Both the position numbers and the translations under genes were made by a program. From assembly GCA_963708495.1 (NCBI GenBank), contig CAVPSS010000005.1, forward strand, positions 19,739 through 83,738: 64,000 nt of DNA. Direction: 5' to 3'. How positions within the stretch are numbered: position 1 is the stretch's first letter; each line of letters opens with the position of its first letter. A model generated the notes under the pieces. The model saw only the letters and a program-made list of their open reading frames with translations. It did not search any database and was not told the DNA's origin. The stretch is from Candidatus Bathyarchaeota archaeon (GTDB taxonomy: Archaea > Thermoproteota > Bathyarchaeia > Bathyarchaeales > Bathycorpusculaceae). Below, piece by piece: positions 43,850 to 54,194 of this stretch.

Positions 43850-45442
43850 TTAACCCAAACATTGTCTAAGTTTGGCTGATTCCAGTAAGGCTTTTTTTGC
43901 TTCCACGTCTTCTTTTTGCAGGTAAGATAGCAGGAAATTGTTTGTAAAGTTCTCGTGCTTTCTTTGAGACACGCCTTTTGGTCCAAGTTTGAAATTTAGT
44001 TTTTCTTCAACCACATTCAAATCTTCAAGCAACATCGAGAGAGCGACCCTAAGTTTTTCTTCATTCATGTTTGCTCTTTTAGCCGTAGCTTGACTCATCT
44101 CCAAGAGCATGTTTATGTTTTCCCATGAAACGTATTCGCCGACGAGGCTAAGGTCATGATCCATTTTCAGGTAGTGTTTTCTTAGTAGGTCCCATTCTTT
44201 GTCGTCTAATATTTTTAAGGTTTTAATGCCTATGAATTCTGGCGGTAGTCCTATACTATATAGAGCTGTGGCAAACGATATTGCCCTTGGTAGACATACT
44301 CCTGCTACGCATCTACTGTATCCAAAAAGTCCAATGTGTAGTTTTCGGGCTCTTCTTGCTGGCACGTAAGCTGCAACACTATTGATAAAGGGTGCAAGTA
44401 TTTCGACTTGTTGCTCGTATTGTTGCCTGCACTTGGCAAGTATGGATAATAGTTTCGCTTCTTCTTGTTGGTCTATAATTACAGGGTCTCCGTTTGGCAA
44501 TCGCTGGTTGAGAGTTTGAATACATTCTTGCACTTGTTGAGTTGGATAATCGTATCTAAAGGCTGATTGGATAGTTACGGTAGAGAGACCTTTGTATTCT
44601 TGTAAAAAATTGTCGAGGTTATCTGGCGATAGGTGACCCCTGAAGGGTTTTGACCCCACCCCAAGTATAGGGTGCATTATTACATCTTGTTGTTTTTCCA
44701 ATATTTTGAGTTTGCTAAGAGCTATTTTTGAGAGCAAGATGGCGCATAGGAACCCATAGTTTAGCGCAGGGTCTGAACGTGCAATGAAGACGCGTTGATG
44801 TTTTGGTTTAACAGATTTAATGTAGGAGCCAACTATGGCGTCAACGTGTAGTAAGCTTTCAAAGTCTTCCACTAGAGGTATTACTCTTATGGCTTTAGGC
44901 TTAAAGTTTCCAATCCAGTCCCCAACGGTTGTAGATTCAAAAAGAACTGAGTCTTCCGCCGAGACTATAGCTTTTTTGTAATAGTTGAATAGCATTATAA
45001 TCTCTTTAGCTTCTGTGGTGAAGGGCAGAATTACTTCAAAAATTGGAGTTACCTCTCTTTTGTAAGCCATCGATGCAACATCGTGGGCTACAGGGATGTT
45101 CTGTAATGTTTCAACGACGTATTTTTTTTCTGCTCCTTCAATTTTAGGGTTGGGAATTCTGTAAGTAAGATAGATATCTTCTCCTATTGCATGTCCAGCG
45201 AAATAATCCCAGTGCTTTTGGAGCAGCTTTCTTACAACTCTTGTATCGGTGTCTTTTCCTTCGGAATCCCACATTACTTCTTGACAGCCAAGTGTACTAT
45301 AAGCATTGAAGGCTTCAAAGACCTCTAAATTGCCGTTGATTACTTCTTCATTGCTCCACGCTGGCACGTTTGCATTATCTGGATGCTGGGTTGACATTGT
45401 ACGCGGGATCTTTCTATCATCATATTTATCGTCCATACCCAT
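43850..45442 (-). CDS. ppcA: archaeal-type phosphoenolpyruvate carboxylase
   Basis: IPRTMSTQHPDN, MWDSEGK, ARSDPALNYG, PFRG, RKLHIGLFGYSR and LPRAI motifs. Confidence 0.93.
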   Translation of the reverse strand: MGMDDKYDDRKIPRTMSTQHPDNANVPAWSNEEVINGNLEVFEAFNAYSTLGCQEVMWDSEGKDTDTRVVRKLLQKHWDYFAGHAIGEDIYLTYRIPNPKIEGAEKKYVVETLQNIPVAHDVASMAYKREVTPIFEVILPFTTEAKEIIMLFNYYKKAIVSAEDSVLFESTTVGDWIGNFKPKAIRVIPLVEDFESLLHVDAIVGSYIKSVKPKHQRVFIARSDPALNYGFLCAILLSKIALSKLKILEKQQDVIMHPILGVGSKPFRGHLSPDNLDNFLQEYKGLSTVTIQSAFRYDYPTQQVQECIQTLNQRLPNGDPVIIDQQEEAKLLSILAKCRQQYEQQVEILAPFINSVAAYVPARRARKLHIGLFGYSRCVAGVCLPRAISFATALYSIGLPPEFIGIKTLKILDDKEWDLLRKHYLKMDHDLSLVGEYVSWENINMLLEMSQATAKRANMNEEKLRVALSMLLEDLNVVEEKLNFKLGPKGVSQRKHENFTNNFLLSYLQKEDVEAKKALLESAKLRQCLG

Positions 45443-45911
45443 TCCTCTATCATAGTTGATTGAAGCTTTGACCAAATATGTTTGCCTTTATTTTAATTTT
45501 CAGTAGTTAGTTTGAACTAAACAACTTAGAATATTGCGATCGTGTCTCAGAAAAAAAATGTAGCTAAATCAGTTTCATGCATTAGGGGCATTTTCTCCAA
45601 AATCTTGGAATCGACATATACTCCTCAATATTAACAAAGTTCTTATTCTGGTTCAGCCAAGTTTTTTTTTGCAGCCAGCCAAAATATCTCCCAAGGTTGA
45701 TACTGTCGGTGAGGACCTCTCTTTTCTATAATCTCCTCCCTTCCCTCACCGTTAAGTTTTTAAGAACATTAGTTTTTTCTATTCATTTGTATTTTTTAAA
45801 TCAAGTCTGTGAGGTCTTGTCTCTTTTTTATTTAAAAGGATGTTAGGAGAAGTTCTTCATTAAGGTTGGTTTTTATTTTATTAAAGTCTTCTTATTAAGT
45901 GGGGTTTAGAA

Positions 45912-46082
45912 TTGACTGGTGAATTTCGAAAACGTATTAAACTATTGGAACTTGATGAGCAGGCAAAGGAAAAGGTCGTTGATTTGTTTAAGGAAGCTGG
46001 AGATGTGTTTCCTTGTTTAGCGTGTCCTTCAAAAGAAACTTGCGAGAACTTCAAGTGGTACATAAAATGGTTTAGCGAATAA
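45912..46082 (+). CDS. 56-aa protein with CxxC-x5-C (MTGEFRKRIK...FPCLACPSKETCENFKWYIKWFSE)
   Basis: Manual translation, below the ORF-track cutoff. Confidence 0.65.
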   Translation: MTGEFRKRIKLLELDEQAKEKVVDLFKEAGDVFPCLACPSKETCENFKWYIKWFSE

Positions 46083-46295
46083 TATTTTTCATACTTGTCT
46101 TTTTGATCTTAGTTTAAAGTTACTTACTTAATTTGGTGGGCTTTCGACGTTTTCAAAAAAGATTTGCCAACAGGATTAAATGGAAATAATCTTTGCTTCT
46201 TGTAACTTGGATTTATCTGGATAAAAAGGTAGTTGAATACTCAACGGATGAAGTAGGCAGAAGAAATAATAGAGAGGTTTCTTTTTTGGTGTTCC

Positions 46296-46643
46296 ATGAA
46301 TAAGCGGACTCCAATATCCAAACGCGAAGTGAAAACGTCGCTTTTACTCATCGCTCTAATAGTGAGCATTATGGTTTTGAGTAGTCTTCTTTTGGTTACT
46401 CAATACTGGTTTGTTTGGCCTGCCATAATATTTTGCATTCTGATCGCAGTCGGGTACTTTACGGCATCAAAAGACTCTTACCAATGTCCATCTTGCAAGG
46501 AAGGTTTCAAGATTACAAAACTGCAAGACTTTTTTGCACTACACGGAATAACCAAGACCTCCAATGGACAGCTGTTTGAATGGAAACTAATCAAATGCCC
46601 TGGGTGCAATAAAAGAGAAAAATGCTACCGTGAGAAAGAATAA
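46296..46643 (+). CDS. 2-TM protein with C-terminal Zn ribbon
   Basis: YQCPSC...KCPGC with an intervening His. Confidence 0.75.
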   Translation: MNKRTPISKREVKTSLLLIALIVSIMVLSSLLLVTQYWFVWPAIIFCILIAVGYFTASKDSYQCPSCKEGFKITKLQDFFALHGITKTSNGQLFEWKLIKCPGCNKREKCYREKE

Positions 46644-46653
46644 AGGCAGACAT

Positions 46654-47166
46654 TTAGGCCTGATGAGGGGTAACTGGGAAGATTTTAGATGTTTTTTCTT
46701 GGTTTATGATTTCGCAGACTCTTTCAGGGTTTTTAGAGGAAAATACAAACACTCTCCCTTCCTTGGGAGTAACTTGGACGGCGCTTGCAAAAGAAGTTGT
46801 AAAAGCCAATGAACCGTCAAGTCCAAGCCTAACACCTATACCTAAGTATCTGCCAAATGCTTTGGTTTTTTTGCAAGAGGTAATATCTTTGAGTAAGAAG
46901 GACTTTTTGTCAAATCGCCCATATTCCACAGTGATGCTTTCGTTATTAATTCTTATGTTTAAGCCTCGGTAATTCCAGAACACTAAAAGTAGTGCAGCTA
47001 AAATCACCCAAGACACCGAAACCCCAAGAATATCTTCAACCAATAATCCTTCACTGAAAAAGAAAACTGCAAAAGAAACAAAAACAATAATCAAACTAAT
47101 CATTACAAATAGACCCTTGACAAGAGCTCCAGCAGGAACCCACTCGCTGTATTCGATATTTTCCAT
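46654..47166 (-). CDS. 2-TM protein with PH-like domain
   Basis: GIGVR and FSSKNPE motifs after two TM segments. Confidence 0.65.
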   Translation of the reverse strand: MENIEYSEWVPAGALVKGLFVMISLIIVFVSFAVFFFSEGLLVEDILGVSVSWVILAALLLVFWNYRGLNIRINNESITVEYGRFDKKSFLLKDITSCKKTKAFGRYLGIGVRLGLDGSLAFTTSFASAVQVTPKEGRVFVFSSKNPERVCEIINQEKTSKIFPVTPHQA

Positions 47167-47261
47167 GTCTAAGTTATCAAACAGGCGCCAAATAAATTTT
47201 CGCCAAATCTATCATTCAAGTGCAAAGTCTTCATAGTAATAGATGCCTTCTCGTTTAGATT

Positions 47262-48299
47262 CTATTTTGCCCTAAGCATCTCAACAAGTCTGGAAAAGAG
47301 AGTAATCCACGTTTCAGAACGATGCCTGAAAACTGGAAGAGTTTCATCTATTCTGGATGATTCTGCCAAAAAGTTCTTCGCGTCGCCATCAAAACGCAAC
47401 AGCCTTTCCTTGTGAACTTCATCTTGGGGCTTAGGTATTAAAACGTGATATTGTTGCAGAACATAGTTGAGGGGCATTCTTGCTCCATTTTTGTCTTTCA
47501 TTCCATTCGTCCAACTGTCACTATATTTGAACTGTTCAGTTGGCATCAGAGTGTACCTAGCTATCTCCATGCTTATTCTGTAAGCTATATTTAGATCAAC
47601 AACTGAGTTGCTAAAGTCCGCTGGTGGACTAATCGATGCCAAAGAGTACACTGCTGCGGCGTAACCTGCGAGTTTGGGATAGACAAAATTGGTTAGTACC
47701 GACGCGAAGAAACCGTTTTGGGTAGCATTTCTAAAGGTTTCAGATTTGACGTAAGCTTTCAAATTTTCTTTGTTGCCGGTGATTGAGACGTCAGGTTGTA
47801 AGGTCGGAAGCATAAGTTCGAGTATGTCGGCAAAAACATAGATGCAACTGGAGTAGTCTCTATGCCAAATTCCCCAAGAATGATCAAACCACGATTCGAT
47901 CCCAGACTTCTTTGTGAAGAGAAGCATGTTAGCTAAGCTCATATATTCTTCAGCGGCTTTCTTTGGAGTGTTTAACTCCTCTACGGATTTTAGAAATTGG
48001 CTGTCATCCAAGATTATGACTTGTTCGGTCTCAGCTTCTGGGTTGTGTGTCCATTTGTCTCGTATGTAGTGAAGTGCGTTTGCCAGTTCACCGTAGGAGT
48101 ATTCATCGTTTTGTAGAAATAGTGTTCGCGCCTTGTCTATTTTACTCAATATTTTACTATTGTGTCCGGTTGCATGAGGAAAATCGCCGTGCGAGTCTGG
48201 ACCAGTGGAGCCAGATATAAAAATTTTAGTGTTTTCTTCGGAGAATCCTAGTTCAAGAGCGATTCTTTCGGCGATGGCTTTGTGCGTGGTTCGGAGCAT
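47262..48299 (-). CDS. zinc-dependent phospholipase C/S1-P1-like N-terminal domain protein
   Basis: THKAIA, GSTGPD, H and ALHYIRD motifs. Confidence 0.6.
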   Translation of the reverse strand: MLRTTHKAIAERIALELGFSEENTKIFISGSTGPDSHGDFPHATGHNSKILSKIDKARTLFLQNDEYSYGELANALHYIRDKWTHNPEAETEQVIILDDSQFLKSVEELNTPKKAAEEYMSLANMLLFTKKSGIESWFDHSWGIWHRDYSSCIYVFADILELMLPTLQPDVSITGNKENLKAYVKSETFRNATQNGFFASVLTNFVYPKLAGYAAAVYSLASISPPADFSNSVVDLNIAYRISMEIARYTLMPTEQFKYSDSWTNGMKDKNGARMPLNYVLQQYHVLIPKPQDEVHKERLLRFDGDAKNFLAESSRIDETLPVFRHRSETWITLFSRLVEMLRAK

Positions 48300-48401
48300 T
48301 TGAAGCAGCCAATAGAAGATTGTGAATAAAGGCTGTTAAGTACTTTGTTAAACTCATCCATTTGCAAACTTTTCTGTTTTGGCATGGCTTGGAAAAGACG
48401 A

Positions 48402-49214
48402 TTATCTTTTGCGTGCCCTTGAAAGAGCAAGTATGACTGAAAGTAAAATAGCGCCAATAATCAATAGAAGATCTATGTCACTTGAAGGTGAAGTGTCTTG
48501 GGTTGGTATGGGTTGAGCAATAATCTCTAAAGAACCTGTAGAGTACGCAGTCCATCCACCGTTTTGATAGTCGGGCGGGGTCCATCCCAGAGGGTTAGAA
48601 CTGCCCGTAGCTTCCACCCAAATCCAGCCAGCATCTCTGTTGTCATTGGGAAGATCCCAATAGTTATTTGCGTTAGAAAACTCGGGAAGCCAAATCAATA
48701 AAGCAACATGATCAGGAGCGTCCACTATAGCTGCGTCAAAACCCGCTCCAACATAGATTGTGCCACATAAGAAAGCCATATCTTCGCAGTCTCCAACGGC
48801 TGTAACGCCTGTAGTTGGGTTGAAGGCATGTGCCATTTCATCAGCATTCCATGCCCACTCTTCTTGAGCAATTCCATCTCTGACGACGTTATCGCTGTCA
48901 TACCCATAGTCTGTCCATTGCTGAACATACTTCAAAATTGCTTCAGCCCTTTCATTTTCACTTGGATAGTTTGCTAGAAAATATTCACCTATACTGTAAG
49001 CAAGTTCCTTGTTTTCATTGAGTGTTTCAGTTGCAAGTTTGGGTAAATAACCGTGGGGACCGGTGTAGTAGTTTCTGTCTATTCCAAAGTTGTCGTACCA
49101 ATCACCATCTTGCAGATTGAAGCTCGAGGCTGGATATCCCTTTACAGTTTGAAATAGAGTTAGAATAGAGACAAAAAGAAACGAGAACAAAATGAGTCGT
49201 CGTTTACAAGACAC
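48402..49214 (-). CDS. exported transglutaminase-like (Cys-His) protein with C-terminal membrane anchor
   Basis: Signal peptide, GDCEDMA, DHVA, WVEATG, terminal TM with basic tail. Confidence 0.75.
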   Translation of the reverse strand: MSCKRRLILFSFLFVSILTLFQTVKGYPASSFNLQDGDWYDNFGIDRNYYTGPHGYLPKLATETLNENKELAYSIGEYFLANYPSENERAEAILKYVQQWTDYGYDSDNVVRDGIAQEEWAWNADEMAHAFNPTTGVTAVGDCEDMAFLCGTIYVGAGFDAAIVDAPDHVALLIWLPEFSNANNYWDLPNDNRDAGWIWVEATGSSNPLGWTPPDYQNGGWTAYSTGSLEIIAQPIPTQDTSPSSDIDLLLIIGAILLSVILALSRARKR

Positions 49215-49230
49215 TTGTTATCCCCAGTTA

Positions 49231-49725
49231 TCATATGGGAAGGGTTAAGCTTGCTAACATTATTAACCCTAAGAACACTTCGTAGCAAAACAAGAACACC
49301 CCAACAGCCAGGGGATGTTTGTTAATGTCGTCTAAGTCGACGCCGAAAGGTCGAAGTTTGGCGAAAACCAAATAGAACAAACCGCCGAAGAATAAGCTTA
49401 CAAAGAAACTAATTGTGACGACCAGGAGCCTTTGCAGGTTGAAATAGGCGCCCACTGTGACTGATTGCGATAGGAAGAAAGGATTAACCATTGAGCCATA
49501 GACAACCAAGCCAGCATAAACAAAAAAGCCACCTACAAAAAGACTAGTTGCCAAGGAATTACCTTTTAGGCTTTCGAACTCTTTAATTCTGGTTGTCATA
49601 AGGGTGATGCATCTAATTCCTATATATCCAATTAGCAGGCAAATCAGACTTGAAATAAAAGCTCGAAAAAACCATAAACATAGAGATACTATGAAATCTG
49701 AACCAGCCAAACCTATTCTCCCCAT
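49231..49725 (-). CDS. 4-TM membrane protein, tandem DUF350-like
   Basis: Two related halves with ESLKGNSLA and DDINKHPLA before a TM segment. Confidence 0.55.
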   Translation of the reverse strand: MGRIGLAGSDFIVSLCLWFFRAFISSLICLLIGYIGIRCITLMTTRIKEFESLKGNSLATSLFVGGFFVYAGLVVYGSMVNPFFLSQSVTVGAYFNLQRLLVVTISFFVSLFFGGLFYLVFAKLRPFGVDLDDINKHPLAVGVFLFCYEVFLGLIMLASLTLPI

Positions 49726-49831
49726 CGAATTATATTATCTTTGGAAATATAACTCTTTAACTCTTACATTCCTCTAATTCTTAGTTGATTTTAAATATTG
49801 AAAGCTACATATTTCTACTCGAGGAAGAAAC

Positions 49832-51632
49832 TTGAACTTACTAGTTTTTCTTGCCATTTGGGCAATTATCTGGTATATTCCAATACCGCCCACAAAATTT
49901 AGGCCTCTAGCGAGTTGTCGCATAGCTTCGCTAGCAATAGGGTTAGTTCTTTTCGGAATAAACGTTCTTTTCCAAACCCCTTTTAGCGCATTTGTTTATT
50001 TCCTGTTTTTTTCAAGATTCGCAGTAGCATTCTTTGAGTACTTTGTTTCTGCTAAATTATTTAAAGTTGAACAATTTGACAAAAACTTCAGATCAGGTCA
50101 ATTACCTCTGTTTCAGTTTAAGCTTAAAGAAAAAAGAACTCTCCTTGGGGTTGTTTTGGTTGCTGTCTTTTTGGTTTCGATGCTTGGAATATCAGTGTTT
50201 GGCGAGGTTCAACGTGTGACAAACGCTGATTACTTCAACGGTTTTATTCAGCAAGGATCAGGTTTGCCTTTTAGCACCACAATTCCCGATAATATGGTTC
50301 GGTTGGTTACTCAGGGAACTAGCATTTTCTATTGCTAGGCGTCACATGTCAGAGTTTGGTAGCAACACGCAGGTTCTGGATTGTCACGTTACGAAGTCTC
50401 CTGAAGGAAAATTAGTGTGGGTAGCAACGATTGGTTCTACGAACATAATTTCAGAAAACTACATCAAAGGATTCGTCGTTGTGGATGCAAATGAACCTGC
50501 TGCTGCACCACAAATAGTGCATGCCCAATTTAACGTGGGGGAGGGATTATGGTGGGATCGAAACATTCCTTTTCGCAACTACATAGATGATATGACGAAG
50601 ACTTACGGTGTGGCGTATCCGACTTGGAACATGGATAATAACCAATCGATCTATGTTGTTACCAGCTACAATTTAGGCTTTGACTTTGTAAGAAGATATG
50701 AAACGCCACTGGCTTATGATTCCCAAGGTAACCTAGAGAATGAGCCAAAAAGTATGAGTGAAATTCCCGCATGGATGACTCAGGTTTACGATGAGGATTG
50801 GCTTGAGAACATGATCGATGAATTTGGAAACTTTAGACGCGGTAACAGCTTTGACTATTTTGCCGGTGGGTTTCTATGGATAGTTCCGCCAAGTCAAGAT
50901 CGTTTTCAGATGACTGAGGATACACGCTACGTTGTAGATCCTGAAACAAAGGATGTTGTTGCTTTGGTATGCGTTAATCCAGTTGAAAACCAACGAACGC
51001 TCTCTGGAGTGTTTAAGGCCACCCGTGAAGGAGTTCTCTATTACGATCTTAAGCGGTCAAACTATATTTCTGGTATGACAGCGGAAGACCTAGTTGAAGG
51101 AAGACTGCCTAAACCTGCGACTGGAGATTATTATGCTGTGATGCCTTTGCTTTATACTGTTGAAGTTACTCCTGGAAACAATCGGCTCGCATGGTATGTT
51201 CCTATTTATTGGAATGAGGGAAGCGGCGAAAGCGATGAAACGATTTACCTAGCGGGTTTTGCAATAGTTGATGCCCAGGACACCAACAAGATTGCTTCAA
51301 CCATAAATCAAGAAGGAATAACCAGCGAACAATTGGTAGAGCAAACAAGACTTGAATACGCTAAACTGTTTGGTGCGAGTGTAACTACAGATATTAGAAT
51401 CTCTGCCAACGTGTTGAATACTTATGAGTATGTTCAAGATGGAACAACCCATATAATTTTGCAATTGAATAGCAAAACTTACCCTTGGATTGAAGCAACT
51501 CCAAAAGACCTCTCTGCACAGCAATGGAACGAGCTTATATCAACGCAGCCGGGACAAACAATCTTTGCACAAATAGAAAAGCGTGATGACAGATGGATGA
51601 CCACGGACTTCAGCTATCAAAGTTCTCCCTAA
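49832..51632 (+). CDS. large membrane-anchored hypothetical protein, split by a 1-nt insertion near 50315
   Basis: Removing one G from CAGGGAAC gives RLVTQELAFSIARRHMSEFG and joins the two ORFs. Confidence 0.7.
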
Positions 51633-51707
51633 ACGATAACGTTGCTCTTTCAAATCCAAGCTTACAACATTGCCTTCTGCGATCCTGGAAATCATATAAT
51701 TGTTTGG

Positions 51708-52355
51708 TTATTTGTCGTTTAACTCTGGAATTTTTTGCGCAATTTTGTCCCAGTCTCGTGCAACAGCGTTTTTTATTAGTGTTTTGACGCCTGCAAAAAT
51801 CTGCGGAGGCATAAGTGTCATCCAGCCTTTGGTAACTGTTACTTGATCGTTTAGTTCAAGCAGGGGCATCAGCCACGTAATCGCTGCGGGGAATCGGTCA
51901 GGCGGAATCTTACTTGACATAATTCCTCCAATCGCTATCTGTTGACTAAGTGTTGTTTTCTCTCTTAGAATCTGATAGAGGTGAGCGTCTTCTTTGCTTA
52001 AATGAATGCGCAGGTGTGAGTTTAGAACTGCCGTGGCTCTACAAGTCTGGAGCGGGTCGGGTGATTTTTGCAGCAACATGGTCTCCAGTGACTCGACCAT
52101 TTTATCGAGTTCTCGATGATCCATCAAGTATGCTTTTGCTACGAGTGGGGCAACGTTTTCGACTGCAGGGAAAACTGCGGCTTCCTCTCCTCTCGCATGG
52201 TAATCCAAGATTTCATCCAGGGAATGTAGCTGATTCAAAATAGGTGATAGATTTCCACCGCTACGCGCTATTTCCAGGACTGAGGAATCTATTTGTGCTA
52301 TATCTTTGCGAAATGCGTTATGAAAACAGAGAACTACGTCTATTGGGCTTGACAA
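51708..52355 (-). CDS. hemerythrin-domain protein
   Basis: FHNAFR, HARGEE..FP, DH and HLSKED..Y motifs. Confidence 0.82.
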   Translation of the reverse strand: MSSPIDVVLCFHNAFRKDIAQIDSSVLEIARSGGNLSPILNQLHSLDEILDYHARGEEAAVFPAVENVAPLVAKAYLMDHRELDKMVESLETMLLQKSPDPLQTCRATAVLNSHLRIHLSKEDAHLYQILREKTTLSQQIAIGGIMSSKIPPDRFPAAITWLMPLLELNDQVTVTKGWMTLMPPQIFAGVKTLIKNAVARDWDKIAQKIPELNDK

Positions 52356-52440
52356 AAATTGTCTCCGTTATGGCTAAACTGTTTGTTAGGTTATTAACAT
52401 TGCTGTGGCTTGTTTTGTTTAAAAATGCATATAAGTAACT

Positions 52441-52456
52441 TATGACACATGTCATA
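52441..52456. promoter_or_regulatory. palindromic operator candidate TATGACA-N2-TGTCATA
   Basis: Perfect 7-bp inverted repeat between divergent genes, next to TATA-like TATAAG. Confidence 0.45.
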
Positions 52457-52473
52457 TTAGGTGAAATGAAAAG

Positions 52474-52602
52474 ATGTTATCCCGCGATTGTGACGGATGC
52501 GAAAAACAACTAAGCGAATGCAAACGTCGCTTTGCAAAAGTAACCCTTGGCGAAAAAGTCTTTTGCCCAGATGGTACAGCCCATCTAGTAGATAGCCAAT
52601 AA
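52474..52602 (+). CDS. 42-aa Cys/His microprotein MLSRDCDGCEKQLSECKRRFAKVTLGEKVFCPDGTAHLVDSQ
   Basis: Manual translation; AGGTGA upstream. Confidence 0.6.
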   Translation: MLSRDCDGCEKQLSECKRRFAKVTLGEKVFCPDGTAHLVDSQ

Positions 52603-52747
52603 CCAAATCAGCCAGCTAAAACGCATGAAAGGCTTTTTTCAAAGAAAGGGACCCTTTTTTCAGCCATATCAATAAGCTAACAAGTAGTCTGGTTATATGG
52701 TAAATTTAAGAAGAAAAAAGAAGAGAAATGGTATTTTTCTATTTTGT

Positions 52748-53182
52748 CTACTTTGAATTCTTTGTTTGCCTTCGACTAACAACTATGGCGAAGCTAGCGA
52801 TTACTGCAATACAAGCTACAAGGGCTATAATGATAGCGAGGTAGTCAGGTTGTGTTTGAGTTGCAATAAGATTCGGGTTATTTGATTCACTATTTTGAGA
52901 ATCATACAAGCTTGAATCATCGGCGGAAGCTGTACTGTTGTCTTGGGATCTATCTAAGATTGGATTTTCGTCTGTTGTTGCGGTAATGTTGTCTTGAGCA
53001 GTATACAAGGTTGGATTTTCACTAATTGGTTCACTGTTGGCGTCGGTTGGGGTTTGATCTGGTATTCGAGTTTGGTCGAGTTGAGCGCTTACATTTGAGA
53101 TTGCCGTTGCAGATAACAAAAATAAAGCCAATACTGTAGCAGTTAAGACTTTTTTATTCTTGATTTGTAATTTATATTCCAT
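52748..53182 (-). CDS. exported low-complexity S/T/D/N-rich protein with C-terminal TM anchor
   Basis: Signal peptide, ENP repeats, terminal TM followed by RR. Confidence 0.7.
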   Translation of the reverse strand: MEYKLQIKNKKVLTATVLALFLLSATAISNVSAQLDQTRIPDQTPTDANSEPISENPTLYTAQDNITATTDENPILDRSQDNSTASADDSSLYDSQNSESNNPNLIATQTQPDYLAIIIALVACIAVIASFAIVVSRRQTKNSK

Positions 53183-53306
53183 TTTTAATCACTGTGCATC
53201 TATAAGTTAGAATGTTGAATTTAGCACCATGCATTAGAACACGCATCATAATTTTTGGAACAGAATGTTCTAAGCAATAGAACAGACAACTTGGGGAAGC
53301 GGGTAC

Positions 53307-53609
53307 CTATGGGTTAAAATTTACTGTATCAATTCTATGGTGTTCCACATCAGGTAGCTTTTCAAAAAAAGGTTTGACTTTATCAATAACTGAAGAGAAA
53401 AGCTCTTTTGAGTCTTCAAACGACTCGTTATCCTCCCACATCGTTAAGATTAATGCTACATTGTCTTGATCACAAGAAAATGATGTAATATATCCTCGAA
53501 AGCCCCTTGCGCTTCGCGCTTGCTTGTTTAGTATAAGGTCTAACTCTTCAAAACCTTGTTCTCGCTTTCCTTCTTTGAAGTAGAACTTGGCTATTCTTGC
53601 GACAACCAT
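53307..53609 (-). CDS. antibiotic biosynthesis monooxygenase (ABM)-like protein
   Basis: GFRG and LTMWED motifs; 100 aa. Confidence 0.7.
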   Translation of the reverse strand: MVVARIAKFYFKEGKREQGFEELDLILNKQARSARGFRGYITSFSCDQDNVALILTMWEDNESFEDSKELFSSVIDKVKPFFEKLPDVEHHRIDTVNFNP

Positions 53610-53759
53610 TCAAAAACACCAATTGTTTATACTGATTCAACTTACTCATATAGTTATACCCTCCCTGCATCTCCTATTTCTGAAGAGTTCTTGTGATTTC
53701 ATATTTTTGGTTAACCTTTTTAATTTAATAAAAAAAGAGATTAGTTTGTTTCGAAGGTT

Positions 53760-53894
53760 TTAGCTATCTTGTAGTTCAGCTATGAATGTTCCGTGCCAAG
53801 AGTGGAACCAAACTTGACCTGTGTAACCGTTGACGCTAAGCATACCATAGGTTGTTGATCCGCTAAGTACCTCAATTGTGTAGTTTTTAAACAC
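53760..53894 (-). pseudogene. 3' fragment of a PepSY-like exported protein gene
   Basis: YTIEVLSGSTTYGMLSVNGYTGQVWFHSWHGTFIAE; no upstream part of the gene present. Confidence 0.55.
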
Positions 53895-54194
53895 TCCTGA
53901 GAACTGGGGTGGAACTCAAATCCCCGGGTATTTTAGGTGGGGAATTGAATTGAACTTTGGTTTGTTGTTACAATACTAAAAGTTGGGATGTGTTCATTTA
54001 AGTTTAAGGGGTTTTGTAGCGTTTGCAAGTTGCGTCTGAAAAGTTATATACTGTCAACGAGCCTCACTGAAAGTCAATAGAACGTCAGGAGAAGGTTTCT
54101 TTTTTTGTTTTTTGGGCTAAAGATTTAATTCGGGGAAAATTGTTTATTTTTTGGTAAGTTAAGTTGTTTTGTCGTTAAGTTTGGTGGTTGGCAT

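Noticed and set aside
54050-54090. CtsR-like GTCAA repeats upstream of clpB
   Set aside because: Spacing and identity deviate from the consensus; too weak to call.
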